Assembly: GCF_006345805.1 (NCBI RefSeq)
Contig: NC_043000.1
Location: 51,832,001 to 51,896,000 of the forward strand
Length of the DNA stretch: 64,000 nt
Origin: Octopus sinensis
Lineage: Eukaryota
Direction of reading: 5' to 3'
Part shown: piece by piece, positions 40,734 to 54,154 of the stretch
How positions within the stretch are numbered: position 1 is the stretch's first letter
Layout of the letters: every line of letters begins with the position of its first letter
Notes under the pieces: model-generated
Told to the model about the DNA's origin: nothing
What the model saw: only the letters and a program-made list of their open reading frames with translations
Database searches by the model: none
Program-made: the position numbers and the translations under genes

Positions 40734-41724
40734 TTAGTCCTAGATACATTATGTCTGAATAAAAGATAGGACAATCATGGCTAGAATGTTCTTTGATCAG
40801 AGATACACTGAGGGCTGACCTGGGATTAAACAGCAATAAGCACCTGTGTACATGCACACCCACACATTAAAACAAATGTACAATTAATCACTTTGTAATT
40901 TCAGTAATTTATCATCGCAGTCATTTGCTGTTTTTATTCAAATATGAAATAATTGAGCTGTATTTAATAATAAGACAAAACTATTTATTATTACAAAACA
41001 TTTGAAGTATTGTATTATGCTATTAATGCAGTAAATATTCAATTTAAAACCATCATACAGATGCATAGTTAGCAAAGCAATTTGAATTGATTTTTAAAGA
41101 AGCAAATATCAACAACAACAGCAACAACAAATTGATAAAAGTATTTCTGTGCACCTTTTAAAATTTTCATTGAAAATAATTTTCACAATACAAAACGTTG
41201 AATATATTAGTTTCAGGATATTTATGTGTGTGTGTGTGTGAGTGTGTGTGTAGATGTGTGTGTGAGTGTGTGTGTAGATGCATGTATGTATGAAACAAAT
41301 ATTTTTAAGAAGAAAAAAAAAATCAATATGAAAATACAGTCATGGTGTTTCTGTAGAAAATTGTATGAAATTTTTATTAGTGATTCAGTCATGCCCACCA
41401 ACCCTGTCACTAGTTCCAGAACAACTGGCACTTTGGTAAACGTTAAAGTTTGGTACATACTATTGATACCTATTATGTTTTATATGCTATATCCTTTACA
41501 ACTATTTTCTCAGCATCTAACACTGCAAGATTTAAAAAAAAAAAATTTAGTGTATACTTTTTATAGCAAATAAATTTCCTTCTATTCCCTTTGAGGTATG
41601 AAATTGTATAGAATATAAGCTACTATAGATATTTTGTTTAGGAAATGATGTGCAGGTGTTCAATTTTGCAAAGTGTTATATGTACATATATTGTTGCATC
41701 TTTATATAAATATGTGTATATCCT

Positions 41725-41788
<64 letters not shown>

Positions 41789-41859
41789 GACACATACATG
41801 TGTGTTCACACATATGAGATATGGATTTGCTATCATATCTTTTTTTTTTTATATTTCAG

Positions 41860-42050
41860 TTGCCAGGCAGCAGATTCAGTTACCATAACAATATATATAA
41901 ATGGTGAGCCTACAGATTTAGATACAAAATGTGGAAGAGAATTGCCACCAATGTACATGTCCAATGAACACAGAATGACAGTTGTGTTTAGAAGTCTAAC
42001 ATATTCACACACAGTCACGGGGTTCCAGGCAGATTATGCATTTGTCAGAA
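41860..42050 (+). CDS. sol-1: Exon of SOL-1-like CUB-domain protein (second half of a CUB domain), phase 2 to phase 1
   Basis: Poly-T tract plus ttcAG acceptor (41858-41859) and GTAAGT donor (42051). Encodes CQAADSVTITIYINGEPTDLDTKCGRELPPMYMSNEHRMTVVFRSLTYSHTVTGFQADYAFVR, with CUB motifs C..D, CG, F.S, GF.A.Y. Confidence 0.92.
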
Positions 42051-42235
42051 GTAAGTATCATATACTGAAACAGTTTTGATTTTTGAGAACTTCTATGTTA
42101 TAATGTTTATAATGGAATTAATTACCTCCTGAGGAATCTGAAGTTATATTTTTATTTGAAAATTTAAAAGCATATACCAGTTAATACATTCAACAAAAAT
42201 GTGGCTGACATATATTTGTTAATAGTAGTATTAGT

Positions 42236-42719
42236 ACAGTTCTATATTTAAGAGATGAGGAATTATGTGCATTATTTACATTTGACGGATATTTGCCCTC
42301 ATCTTGTTTGTTGTTAACACAATATACCCTCCAACCTTCATCAGGTCTCTTCAGGAAATTTCGAACATGGGTTCTCATTCCTAAGGTATTTTTCGATGTT
42401 ATTATTATTATTATTATTCAGGTCACTGCTGGGAATCAAACTCGGAATCCTGGGATTAGTAGCCTGTGCTCTTAACCTCTACGGGCATATGGCGTAGTGG
42501 TTAAGAGCACAGGCTACTAATTCTAAGATTCCAAGTTCGATACCAAGTAGTGACCTGAATAATAATAATAATAACAATAATAATAATAATAATATCAAAA
42601 AATACCATAGGAATGAGAACCCATGTTTGAAATTTCCCCAAGACACCTGGAGGTTATATCAGCCGAAACGTGTTAACAATGAACAAGATGATGAATATCT
42701 GTCAAATGTAAATAATGTA
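42236..42719. mobile_element. Head-to-head palindromic element: tRNA-like head + (AAT)n + hammerhead-like pLTR tail
   Basis: Inverted arms 42268-42483 and 42493-42719. A-box TGGCGTAGTGG (42490-42500) and B-box GTTCGATACC (42535-42544). CTGATGA on the minus strand (42338-42344) and CAGCCGAAACG (42660-42670). 12-bp TSD with 1 mismatch. Confidence 0.8.
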
Positions 42720-43013
42720 AGTAGTGTTAGTGTTATTTATTTCTCCTTTCATTCTGTTATGTGTTTAGTGGATCCTTCTGTTATGTGTTTAATGGTTCCT
42801 TGCTCATATTTAGTGAATATGGAACTCCCCTCCCACCACAAATCTCAGCTCTGTTAAAAATAATTCAGTCAAAGTTTGTGTTCATTATAAAATACAGATG
42901 TAGAGTTCCATATTTTTTTACTTAATAATTTGCATTACATTATACCACTGATCCTCTTCAGGTACTCAAAGATGACCAATGGTTGAAATGATTTTACTGC
43001 AATGTATTATGTA

Positions 43014-43050
<37 letters not shown>

Positions 43051-43199
43051 ATATGTAACATCAATATGTTTATATTACTTCAATGACTGAAAGCATCTCG
43101 AAAGAAGCAGCTATGGAGATATGAAACTGTTGAACCAAATTATAAGCATAAAAGAGGTTTATTTCATAATTAATTTTAAATGCAATCAAATTAGACAGA

Positions 43200-43960
43200 A
43201 TGTACTGTGCCTGGACGATGTACCATCAATTCCTTTCCCTAGTGAGCCAGTTATCAAAGGAATTTTTAGCTGAGATCAAACTGTTATATCTAACGTTTGT
43301 TGGCTTGGAAAAGCTTTCACAAGGTTTTCTGTCCTGTAGTGCAGTGATTACCAAGAAAACTGGGTGTAGATAAATGTCTTTTGAGAGATGTGCAAGTCAA
43401 ACAAAGAGGCATTGTTAGCAATACAAGAGTTAGTATTGAAGAATTTAGAATGCATCTGGGTGTCCACCAGGATTCAACTCTCAGCTTCCTCCTCCTCTTT
43501 GTTATAGTTATCCAAGCCATAACAGGTGAGATTACAATACAGCTTTCTGTGGACACTCTTGTACAGTGGTGATTTTAATTCTCATAGCTGAATCCATTAC
43601 AGAATTCGAGAAGAAATTTCAAGCATGGAAACAAAGGCATGTGTTGAGGTGTTTTTAATTAAATCCAGCAATAGCAAAACTTTTAGAAGGAAAGAAGACA
43701 GAATCTTACTACCATTAGGACAATGGCCATAATGTGCAAAATAAGAACAAATTATGCAAAGTATGAGAGCACAAAAGACGTTAACCCCACAGTCAGGTTG
43801 ACAGAGAGGAAGGTGTTTCTTGTGCAGATGCACAGTATTTAGTTTATCAAAGCACTCATGAAATAATTTCAAATTTTCAGGTTTCCTAGAAATAATTGAT
43901 AGCTTCTGATAGCTAGGTGATCTGATAAGTAGTAAAAGAGAGGCTACCAAATACATGGTA
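43200..43960 (-). pseudogene. Highly decayed CR1/Jockey-type reverse transcriptase remnant
   Basis: Minus-strand PSYQKLSIIS...KLFHE (NYRPISL..KLFE-like), LLDLIK...AFVS (LDxxKAFD-like), ISSRIL*WI, SVHRKL (GVPQG-region-like), in the expected order. Confidence 0.55.
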
Positions 43961-46900
43961 ACTAGAATAAGAACAAGGTGTAAAATTCAGAGCTATTATT
44001 TCTGCTGGAAACTTGAGGATTTTTCTCCTTTAGCAAAGGGCAGATTATATGATTCTTGTATACAAAGCATAATGTTACACAGTAATGAAATATGAGTAAT
44101 GTTGGCACAGGATGCATGACTGCTAGAAACAAAAGTAAGCTAAATGTGTAATGTTAATATGCATGAATGTCAACACACAAATGATGAGAGAAAATTGGAT
44201 CTATGAGGAATCACATACAACATGGAAGATTGAGAGCTAGTGATTCAGACATGATACATACTGAAGATGGAAATTGAATTGCAAAGTGCTAAGCAATACA
44301 AGCAAAAGGAACTTGTCAAAATATATGGGCAAGGAAGACATACGAAAAAGCTGATCTCAATAAGTTGAATTTCACAAAAGAGATGACAAATAGCAATACA
44401 CTGTCACATGCAAGCATTGAAAAGCAGTTGTATAGGTAAAAAATGGTCATGATGAAGATAATGCTGCTGTGTAAATCAGGGAGCATTTATGTTTAAGAAT
44501 AAAAGAAAGTACTCCATGCATAAAGAGAGTGAATATATTTTATTAATTACTTAGTTTAAAAATGCATCAATATTTGATTAGGTGTATAGCATCTTGTTTT
44601 GTTCAAAATTAGACAAAGTTTTCATGTCTTCAGTATGATATACACACACACACAAACAAACACACATACACACACACAAACAAACACATAAAGAAATATC
44701 CATTAAATAAAATAGTAAACTCTCAGTTGTTGGATTATCAGTTCATTTCATCCTATAGTCGATTTATTGTGTCTTGGGGCGATATATTTATTTCCATTTG
44801 CCTCAGTTTATCTGGAAATATAATAGACATCGAGTCATCTCTTAAAGTTAGCTTTACAACATTCTAATGTATGCTATAAAAAGCAACTTTGTTAGACTTC
44901 ATTTTATTAGAGTTATAAGTTTGTAGTCTGCATTTGAAACTGATATGTTAGATAAAGTTATTAATTTAGAATAGAAAGAGTAGAGCAGCTTGCATGAAAT
45001 AATATCAAATGTTTTATCTGTCATATCTCATTAGATCTTTTTTTTCCTGTCCTTTCATGTGCAGTGTAGAGATTTTCCTGTAAGATTGGAATCAGTAGCA
45101 TATTGAACAAACAATATGCTGCAGTGATATGCTTTCTGTTCAAATCCCATAGAAGTTGACTTTGGTCCTTATTCTTCCAGGGTTTATATATATAAAAGTT
45201 AATCAACTTTGCTCTTTTCAGTTTGTAACTTTGCGTTATATGAATATCATTCATCTGAAGTAGAATTTTAAGGTTTTATTAAGTATACTAGGAAATAAAG
45301 GATTTCATCTGTCTTTCATGGTTTCATGGTATCTTAACTGTCAGAAATCATACTAACTCCTTGTGATCAAGGAATAAAAATAATACATTGAAGCTTATAT
45401 TGCTGTAGATTATATACTCCAGTAACTTCAACTTATTGTACAGAGAAAAGAGCCTAAATATTAGAGATATTTTGGAAGTTCGTTGTGTTTGAGTGTTGTA
45501 GAATGATTTGTTAATGCTTAGAAATTGATGTGACATCAGAAATAAAATGGTAAAGAAAAAGTTAAGTATTGCTACCACTGCAGGAATCAAAGGGTTTTTC
45601 CCACTTTGTGCAGGCTGTGTGAAGTTTGTGTTGGAAGAGTAATGATGCATGGTTGTGAAACATGTATATTAAATTTGGGAAAATGTGCATAGATTGAAGG
45701 AAAATGAGTATCATTAGGGATATGTAATGTTAATTTATATGCAATATAGGACTAAGGAAACCACTGCATATTATAGGGTTGAGAAAATATGTGTATGAGA
45801 TTCAACTACATTGGTATAAAATTTGAAGGAAATGGATGCTGTGTGCCAGAAGTTTAAAACCCATGTGTTTATAGAAAAATACCAAAGAAGACATTGGAAG
45901 AAGTGGTGAATATAGATCTCATGATGTTGAGCTCCACGGATGAGATAGTATACAACTGAGATGGGTAGTGATATACTATAAAACAGCTTTCTTCTACCAG
46001 CCTTATAAAAGGTTTATCAAAATGTCGATGACGATGATGGAATATTAGTCTAGCATTAATGGATGGTATCATTACTAGTTAAAAATATGTTTAAACAATT
46101 TGAGTGTGTTCAACTTTTGGTTTTGGAGCAATCATATAACTTGTTGGATTATGCAGATATCAAATAATAGAGAAACATTCTCTGACTGGTTAGTGAGATT
46201 TATTCATAATCCATGATAAACAATATCTAGAAAGTCTGTACTAGGTGTATGATAAATAACAGTAATAATAAGGTAAAAAAGGAGAAGAACAATTTAGCCC
46301 CTTGGTGCCTTTAGCAGAATTCACTCTCTTGCAAACATGTGGACTAGATCTACAATCTGAGAATAATCTGTAGGTTTTCTCTTTTTTTCTTCTGTTTCTT
46401 TAGCAAGTCTCAATGATTCTGTAAAAAGTTAATGGGCACTGCCCTTTCTCCTTTGCCTGAATTGTTAAAGAACAAAGAAAAAAATAATAAATAATAAAAT
46501 GCATTCTGATATTTTGGGCCATTTTCTGAAAGAAAATTTTCTGCATCATTAGAAATATTTTTTCTTTCATCTCACCTGCATAATCCATTTTTAAGCTTTA
46601 TTGAACTAAACTAACATTTTCCATTGCATACCATCAGTGTTTCTCTAAAATTCTGGTTTTTAATTTTATCTTCCTTTTATTTTCATAAAAATCAAAAAAC
46701 AAGACTAATGTTGTACTGGGCTATTCTTTACATTAAGTAACTCTTGGATGATATGGTAATAGGTTCCACTTCAAATTCATCATATCGGCTTCCTGACTGC
46801 TTTAATGTTTGGATATTAGGATATTAGTGTTTGGGTGTTGTCGTTTATACCATCTATAACTGTAAACAGAATTGTAGATGATGTAGCTTATCACTATGAA

Positions 46901-48590
46901 ATGCCAAGTGCAATCATAAAATGCTTGATTAACATCTATATTTGTTTAAAGTTACTTTTGTTTATGTTAGATTTCTAAATATTGTTTTACATGCCAATCC
47001 TATATGGTAGTTAAGCGCAGCAAAGTGGAAAAAAATAATGTAGTGTATTTATTTTTTCTTTCTTTTTTTCCCCACTCACTGCTAAATCAAAATGCCTGGG
47101 AGAAATGAAGTAAATCAAATTAATTACTTGTATTTATCAAAGAATATAATCTATTTTTGATTGAATCACTTTTGAGATACACATATATAAATACGTTTCT
47201 GTGCAATTAATCACACTTAGCAACATTTTTACTCTCTTTATTCTCTCCTTCTTTGTGTGTGTGTATGTATATATATATAGATATAGAAAAATAAAGAGAG
47301 AGAGAGAGAAAGAAAGATAAATAACTGTATGTAATGTATTGTGTGTGTATTCATATATATATATGTAGATAGGTATTTGTATACATATATGCATATATTA
47401 TGTCTATATGTGTATATATGTATGTGTTTGTAGATATATGCCTATATATGTAAATATATATATGTATGTATCTATGTATGTGTATGTGTGTATATATATG
47501 TATATGTGTAGTATATATGTATTTGTTATTTGCGTATGTGTTTGTCTGTGCATGAGTACCTCTTCCTTCCTCTGTTGTTTGTAAGTTTATATTTTCATAA
47601 AATATGATTTGTAATCACTTTTGATATATCAAATTCTAAAGTAGATGTTTGATCTTCTTAACCACATATTTAATTTTTATTTTATATATACATATTTATA
47701 TATATTTATTAATTTCACTTTTTTTTTATATCACATTAAGCAAAATCTTGTGTTAGTATAAATACATTATGTAATGAAATATTAGTATTTCCTGTTTAGT
47801 GTTTGGGCAGCGTTTCATTATAGATTGGTATTTCCGGTAGTTGTTATTGCTGCTTCTTTTCTTTTCTTTTTTTTAACTTTGTGGGTTACTGGAAATGACC
47901 TATCTGATAGAAAGCTAGACAAATCTTTTGGTATTTCAACAGTCCAGAATTCAATTTTTGCCAGAAGTGAATATTCTCATACTGTAAAATTCCATTGAGT
48001 CAATAATATATAGTTTCAGTAACATATTGGTTGGATTGGAGAGCAAGCATCTATTCAATATACTCCTCTCCTGAAAATTATTTAGGTTAAGTACCTGGTG
48101 AAGACATAGACTTTCTGAATGGCATGCCGAATAAAAAAAATTACCTTGATTCTCTAGGTAGTGTGGCCTGTCTGGTGATGAGCCATGTCTCATGTGGCTC
48201 ACTTCTTATAAAATGTTGCCCATGACTGACCTAGTGGAAGGAAATCATTATTGGACATAACAATTAAGAGTTAACAGTCATATAAAGCGATTCATTTTTA
48301 TGGCATATCAATTGATGCTTTACAAAAGTTGAGTTCATATCTTTCCAGGGTTGATTTAATAGTCAATCATTTAATCTTCTAATATGAATGTGTGTCCATG
48401 TTTTAAAGACAAGTCAGAAGAGAAAGAGAAGTGCCCATGATTGTTAACTGGGTCTTCATTACTGGAAGGGGAAAAGAAGGAAGAAACAGTACAATTCATG
48501 TGTTACTGCAGTATGAAACTGGACAATTTGATACCTGGTTCTTCTCACTTAGATTGCATACCTGATCCAAATGCAACAGAATGAACTCTC

Positions 48591-48809
48591 TTAACCCTTT
48601 CATTACCAACCCAGCTGAAACTGGCTCTGGCTCTGAGTACAAATGTTTTGTTTTCATAAGTTTTGAATTAAAATCTTCCACCTAACCTTAGTCACAATTT
48701 ATGTTCCTAACACTAGCTGAATGTTATTTTACTAAATTCTTTGTTATATTTAAAGTAACTGAAAGAAACACAGAGCATCTCAAAATAAATGCAGTAATGA
48801 AAGCGTTAA
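48591..48809. mobile_element. piggyBac-type MITE
   Basis: TTAA at 48591-48594 and 48806-48809. TIRs ccctttcattac / gtaatgaaagcg. Confidence 0.82.
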
Positions 48810-49038
48810 AGTCATCCATGAGCGAGTGGTGGCAGTGAGCCAGACAACAGCTTAAGCCTACCACGCAAGACAGTCTCCTTTACAGTTACTATCTATCCAA
48901 ATTTACTCTTAAGGCTTAGGGTTTAGTCACGGCTCTGGTAAAAGACACATACCCAAGGAACTGCAATAGTAAATGAGATTGAACTCACTCTGATTGCAAA
49001 GTGAGCCTCTTAATTACATAACTATATTGATAAATATA

Positions 49039-49294
49039 ATAATAAATGCACCCTTTTAAAGCCTAGCCAGGCTCATGGGCCCGGTTTCTCGGTTTCTATG
49101 GCGTATGTGTTCCCCAGCTGGACGGGATGCCAGTCCATCGCATTGTTACTCATTTTTGCCAGCTGAGTAGACTGGAGCAACGTGAAATGAAGTGCTTTGC
49201 TCAAGAACACAATGCATCGCCCGGTCCAGGAATCGAAACCACAATCTTACGATCATGGTGCTGACACCCTAACCACTAAGCCACATGTCTTTAC
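49039..49294 (-). mobile_element. SINE-D (tRNA head, 'gcgatggactggc' motif), 13-bp TSD
   Basis: Reverse complement of 51032-51265 plus tail. TSD attgataaatata at 49026-49038 and 49295-49307. Confidence 0.92.
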
Positions 49295-51031
49295 ATTGAT
49301 AAATATATATAAGTAATATTGTGAGACTGATGTAATTGATGCATCATATTGTGAATATAATAGCAAAGATAGCCAAGATAAGAAAAATTGCAATATATGT
49401 CTGATTCAATGTCTAGTCCCTAATATAAAATACATTATGAATCAAAGCAATATATTGGATTCAACTACTGTGCTGGATTAACCATATGTTATAAAGTGCC
49501 CCTAAATTTTAAAAAAGTATTATAAATTAAAACCTAGCTAGTTTGCCATCATATTTTAATGTTCATCTCCCATGCATGCTAGCATGGGTTGGACAGTTCA
49601 ACAAGATCCAGTGGGTTTAAGGACTACATCATATTCCAATATCTGCTTTGGCATGGTTTCTACAGCTAGATGGTCTTCCTTATATCTGGATGCTTTTTTC
49701 ATGCCACCAACACTAGTGAGGTTGTTAATCAACTCAAGTGACTCAGATGTCCTTTAAATGAGTTTGGCTACAGTAGAGATGGAGAGGTTGGGTAATCGAA
49801 ATAAATACAACTGCTCAAGTATTTATTATTTTACCTAAAGCTCAATATTATTAACTGACATGTTTGAAACATTTAGAAGGTTACTCCTCTCCCAACAGCA
49901 ACAAATTAGGAGGTAATTTTGAATAGGTAGGCCTTTCCCTCATAGATTCTGAATTCTTTTAAAACCAAACCCCAAAGCAAAGCTTAAATGCTGCATTACA
50001 TGAATTCACTAACGTGTAGGTTTGTTACTTGAGCAAAGAAAATACACAAGTTAAATACTTGCTCCTGATACACAACTCTTACATAATACAATATTGAACA
50101 TGTCACTATTAATTTAAACTTATCTTTACTACAGCTTTACTTAATGCATTAGGTTAAATTAGAAACTGTTCACAGTAAACTGTTTATTACATACTTAAAA
50201 ATACCAATTTGATTTAGTGGGCATGGTTAGCATTATGTGCTATAATATATAAAGTAATAATCAGATTTATTCACCCAACCTTATTTATTAAAGAACAATT
50301 AAGCTCAATTATTTTTGATGAGTTTAGTGCATTGGAATAGAGAAGTTGAGTGACAAGTCTAGGTATTAGCATGCAGCTAAAGTGAAGCCTGCCTGTTTAA
50401 CATTGGCATTTAATTTGATTATTGTAATTTGTTTAATTTAAAGTGTCTAGGATCTCATAAGTATTCTGGGTATTTGAGCAACCTTAAACTTCCAGTTGTT
50501 CATAAAAGTTACTGGCACTATAGTCTTATCAAACATTTAACACATAGCCTTTGACAATGTAGGGCTTGTAGCAAATGCTATTTACCTACTAGTTTCTTCC
50601 AGTATTTTAAATGTGACAAATCTCATACAACATGAAATAAGATAATACACAAGCAAACTGAGATGCAGATTCAAGTTTTGGTCAAAATTATTTCACTTAG
50701 CTAATGTTAACTAATGTCCTGATGAAAGCTGTGACAGTTGCAGTATCCTGCTTCTGTATCCCACAAAATGTAAGATCTTGTGTTTAGACAGAAGGCACCA
50801 ATATACTGCTACCAATTGAAACAAATTAGAACATTACCTTGTGAAAGCACATAATAATACATTCATTATTGGTTTGAATGGATAAATTGTTAAACTCTGT
50901 CAGTCACGAGTCTTGTCTAACAGCAGATGTATTTTGTATCTGAACAAAGCACCGAACTCTACTTACATTTTTATCTTAAAATATTTTATATGCATAATCA
51001 AGAATGTTATATATCGTTATAACTCTATATA

Positions 51032-51571
51032 GTGGAGGCGCGTGACTTAGTGGTTGGGGTGTCAGTATCATGATCGTAAGATTGTGGTTTCAATTCCTGG
51101 ACTGGACGACACATTGTGTTCTTGAGCAAAACACTTCATTTCACATTGCTCCAGTCCACTCAGCTGGAAAAATGAGTAACGCTGCGATGGACTGGTGTCC
51201 TGTCCAGCTGGGGAACACATACACCATTGAACCTGGGAGACTGGGCCCATGAGCCTGGCTAGGCTAGTGGAGGTGCAATGGCCCAGTGGTTAGGGCAGTG
51301 GACTCATGGTCGTAGGATTGCAGTTTTGATTCCCAGACCAGGCGTTGTGTGTGTTTATTGAGCAAAAACACCTAAAGCTCCACGAGGCTCTAGCAGGGGG
51401 TAGTGGCAACTCCTGTTGTACTCTTTTGTCACAACTTTCTCTCACTCTCTCTTCCTGTTTCTTGAGTAATGCTGCGATGGACCAGCATCCCATCCAGCTA
51501 GGGGGAATACATATGCCACAGAAACCAGGCCCATAAGCCTGGCTAGGCTTGAAAAGGGCGACATTTATCAT
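51032..51571 (+). mobile_element. Dimer of two related tRNA-derived SINEs (D + D') inside one 12-bp TSD
   Basis: Heads gtggagg.. at 51032 and 51267. Both end 'gcctggctaggct'. taactctatata at 51020-51031 and 51572-51583. Confidence 0.88.
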
Positions 51572-51599
51572 TAACTCTATATATTGTTATAACTCTAAG

Positions 51600-52905
51600 T
51601 AGTGAATAGCAGAATCCACAGTGTTGGATATAACAATGTCTTATGGTATTTAGTTATGTCCCTTTAGATTTTAAGTTTAATTCTAAATTGAGTCAATTTT
51701 GCTTTCCATTTTTTGAGAATATATAAAATAAGTACTCACCAAATGTTGGGTTCAATTTCATTGAACATACTCCTCCTTAAATATCTGTGGCATTTGGCCT
51801 ATCTTTGAAATTATTGTCATTATTATCATTATAGCAAGCCTGTGGAATGGCAGAAACTCTAACTGTTATTGGATGAGGTGTATTTAGGTAGTGCTATTAA
51901 TGATCTGACTTCACCTCTCACTTTTCTGGAGTTGATAAACTGTGTGCCAGTTTCAGTGTGTTGAAGTACCTTCAATAGACACTATAGATCTATAAGTTAT
52001 GAGGCCTTTTTGTCACAGTCATTGGCATTAAGGCCTACCTTAATGACAAGGACGTCTCTTTTGTCTTGTTGCTGTATGTTATTATTATTATTATTATTAT
52101 TGTTGTTGGAATTTTGGACAATATGTAGCACTTTGTAGTATTTGTTCTGCCTTTTTGCATTTTGAGTTCAAAGCCTGCCAATGTAACTTTGTCTTAAGTC
52201 AGTAAAATAAGTACCATCAGAGGCCTGGTATCAATAGTTTTGACTAATCTCATCCTCCACAAATTACTATCCTTGTGCCTAAATCAGAAACTGTTATTAT
52301 TATTATCATCATCATCATCACCATCATCATTATTATTATTGTTGTAAAGGTGGCAAGCTAGCAGAATCATTACCACACTGAGCAAAATTCTTAGCGACAT
52401 TTTGTCTGTCTTTATGTTCTGGGTTCAAATTCTGTTGAGGTCAACTTTGCCTTTCATCTTTTCAGGGTCAATAAAATAAATACCTGTTGAGCACTGGAGT
52501 CAATGTAATCCCCCAAAATTACTGGCCTAATTGTTAGAGTGTTGGACAATTTATACCCAGGGTAGCTTTACCTTTCATTATTTCAGGGTCAGTGAAATAA
52601 AGAAGCAGCCAAGTATTGATTTTGATGTAATCGACTTGCCCCTCCTCTCAATAATTTCTGGTCATTTGCCAAAATTAGAAAGAATAATAATTATTATTAA
52701 AGTGCAGTGGTTTTCAGAATCAGTTGAGTATTATGCAAAATATTGTGCTCATTTAGTTTATGCTTCTTTAAGTTTTGACTTAAAATCTTACTAAGGTCAG
52801 TCTGACCTTGAGGCTCCTAGCAGTCAAGTATTAGAGTGGATATAATTAATTGCTTCCTTCACTTAAACTTTGTTGCATTTTACCTATGCTAGAAATCAGT
52901 ATTAA
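51600..52905 (+). mobile_element. Array of about 5-6 degenerate SINE-B copies with (ATT)n/(CAT)n spacers
   Basis: Recurring 'cagaatc...ttcaaa...taaaataagtac...agaaa' modules. Best copy at about 52347-52530. Confidence 0.7.
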
Positions 52906-54154
52906 TATAATTATTTGAGGCGGGATATGATTGCCGGTGTACTATATCTGAGAAATATAAAGAGATGAAAGGAAGAGGCAATATGACATTGCGTTTTATT
53001 GGACAACTTCCACATGATATTTAATTAAATCATTGAAGGTTTACTTATGTTTAAGCATTGGCCACAAATAACTCTTGTTTGAAGAAGATGCATGAAATGT
53101 AACAACAAATAATAAGAAATAAAAGATACATTAATCACTGGAAGCTGAATGATATATAGCAATTTTATATCCATCTATCTCCGAATGTGACAGTATCTAA
53201 GGATATATTTCTCTTTTATTTTCTTGTTTATTTGTTTTGTATTATTTTTATGTCTTCAGGTTAGCAAATTTCCAATAAAAGAAGTTGAAGAGAGCAAAGC
53301 AATCAATGATTTTTGCCTTCGTGATTAGTTTGAACATTCCTTGGCAAGAACTACAACAGTGCATATATATATATATATATATATACACACTCACACATAC
53401 ACACACATGTGCATATATTACCACTGTGTCCATAACATAAGAACCAGATCTTCAATATCATCTATTTTTACAATGTTATCTATACCAAATGCTAAATTTA
53501 GATGATAGCTTAATCAGTTATGATTCTTTTATTTACTTTCTTTTATTATTTAGAATAATTCATTCCTGATCGATATCAACTGGAAGAAATCATTAGCAAA
53601 AGCATTTATGCATTGCCAAAGTTTATGATGTCCCAAGATTGCTATAAGTTACTTAAATTCAATAACAGGGAAATAAGACCCTGTTTTCAGAGAAAGAAAA
53701 GTAAAAATATAAGAATTATTAATATGCTGATTTCAGTTCCATTTAGAATGCTTTTTGTTTCTTTTAGTCTATATTTGTATGGAATCTTTAAATGTTAAGT
53801 ATAATTGTCTTTCACATACATGGCTAATTAGAATTTAATTAAATATAGAAATACTAGTGCAAAGATTACACAAGACAGTTGTTATTGTCAATATTTGTGT
53901 CTAGTTTTGTTTAACTTCTAAGCAAGAAAAGGATTTTGAAATGAAATTCAGATAACAACATATCTGAATTTTGTCATAGGTTTCCTTGATAAAGGTGTGT
54001 TTGCATTAACAAAAAAAAGCTGGTGGGATCCCTCAAATAACAATGGTAGCAGGCACCAGGTACAGTTATTCCAAAACCAGGATATCCATACATACAGGAT
54101 ATGTATGGGTTTATATATGTAAATGAATGTAACTATATGTGTATTTGGATACAC

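Noticed and set aside
41645-41859. N-terminal part of ORF 41645-42079
   Set aside because: Microsatellite-derived intron sequence upstream of the true acceptor. The same applies to the few codons before 62642 in ORF 62629.
42483-42555. Functional tRNA gene
   Set aside because: A and B boxes are present but the acceptor and anticodon stems do not pair, and it is embedded in a repeat. Treated as a SINE head, as are the other SINE heads.
45450-46300. Possible second decayed LINE RT on the minus strand
   Set aside because: Only vague motif resemblance (GFLSPIL). Too degraded to support.
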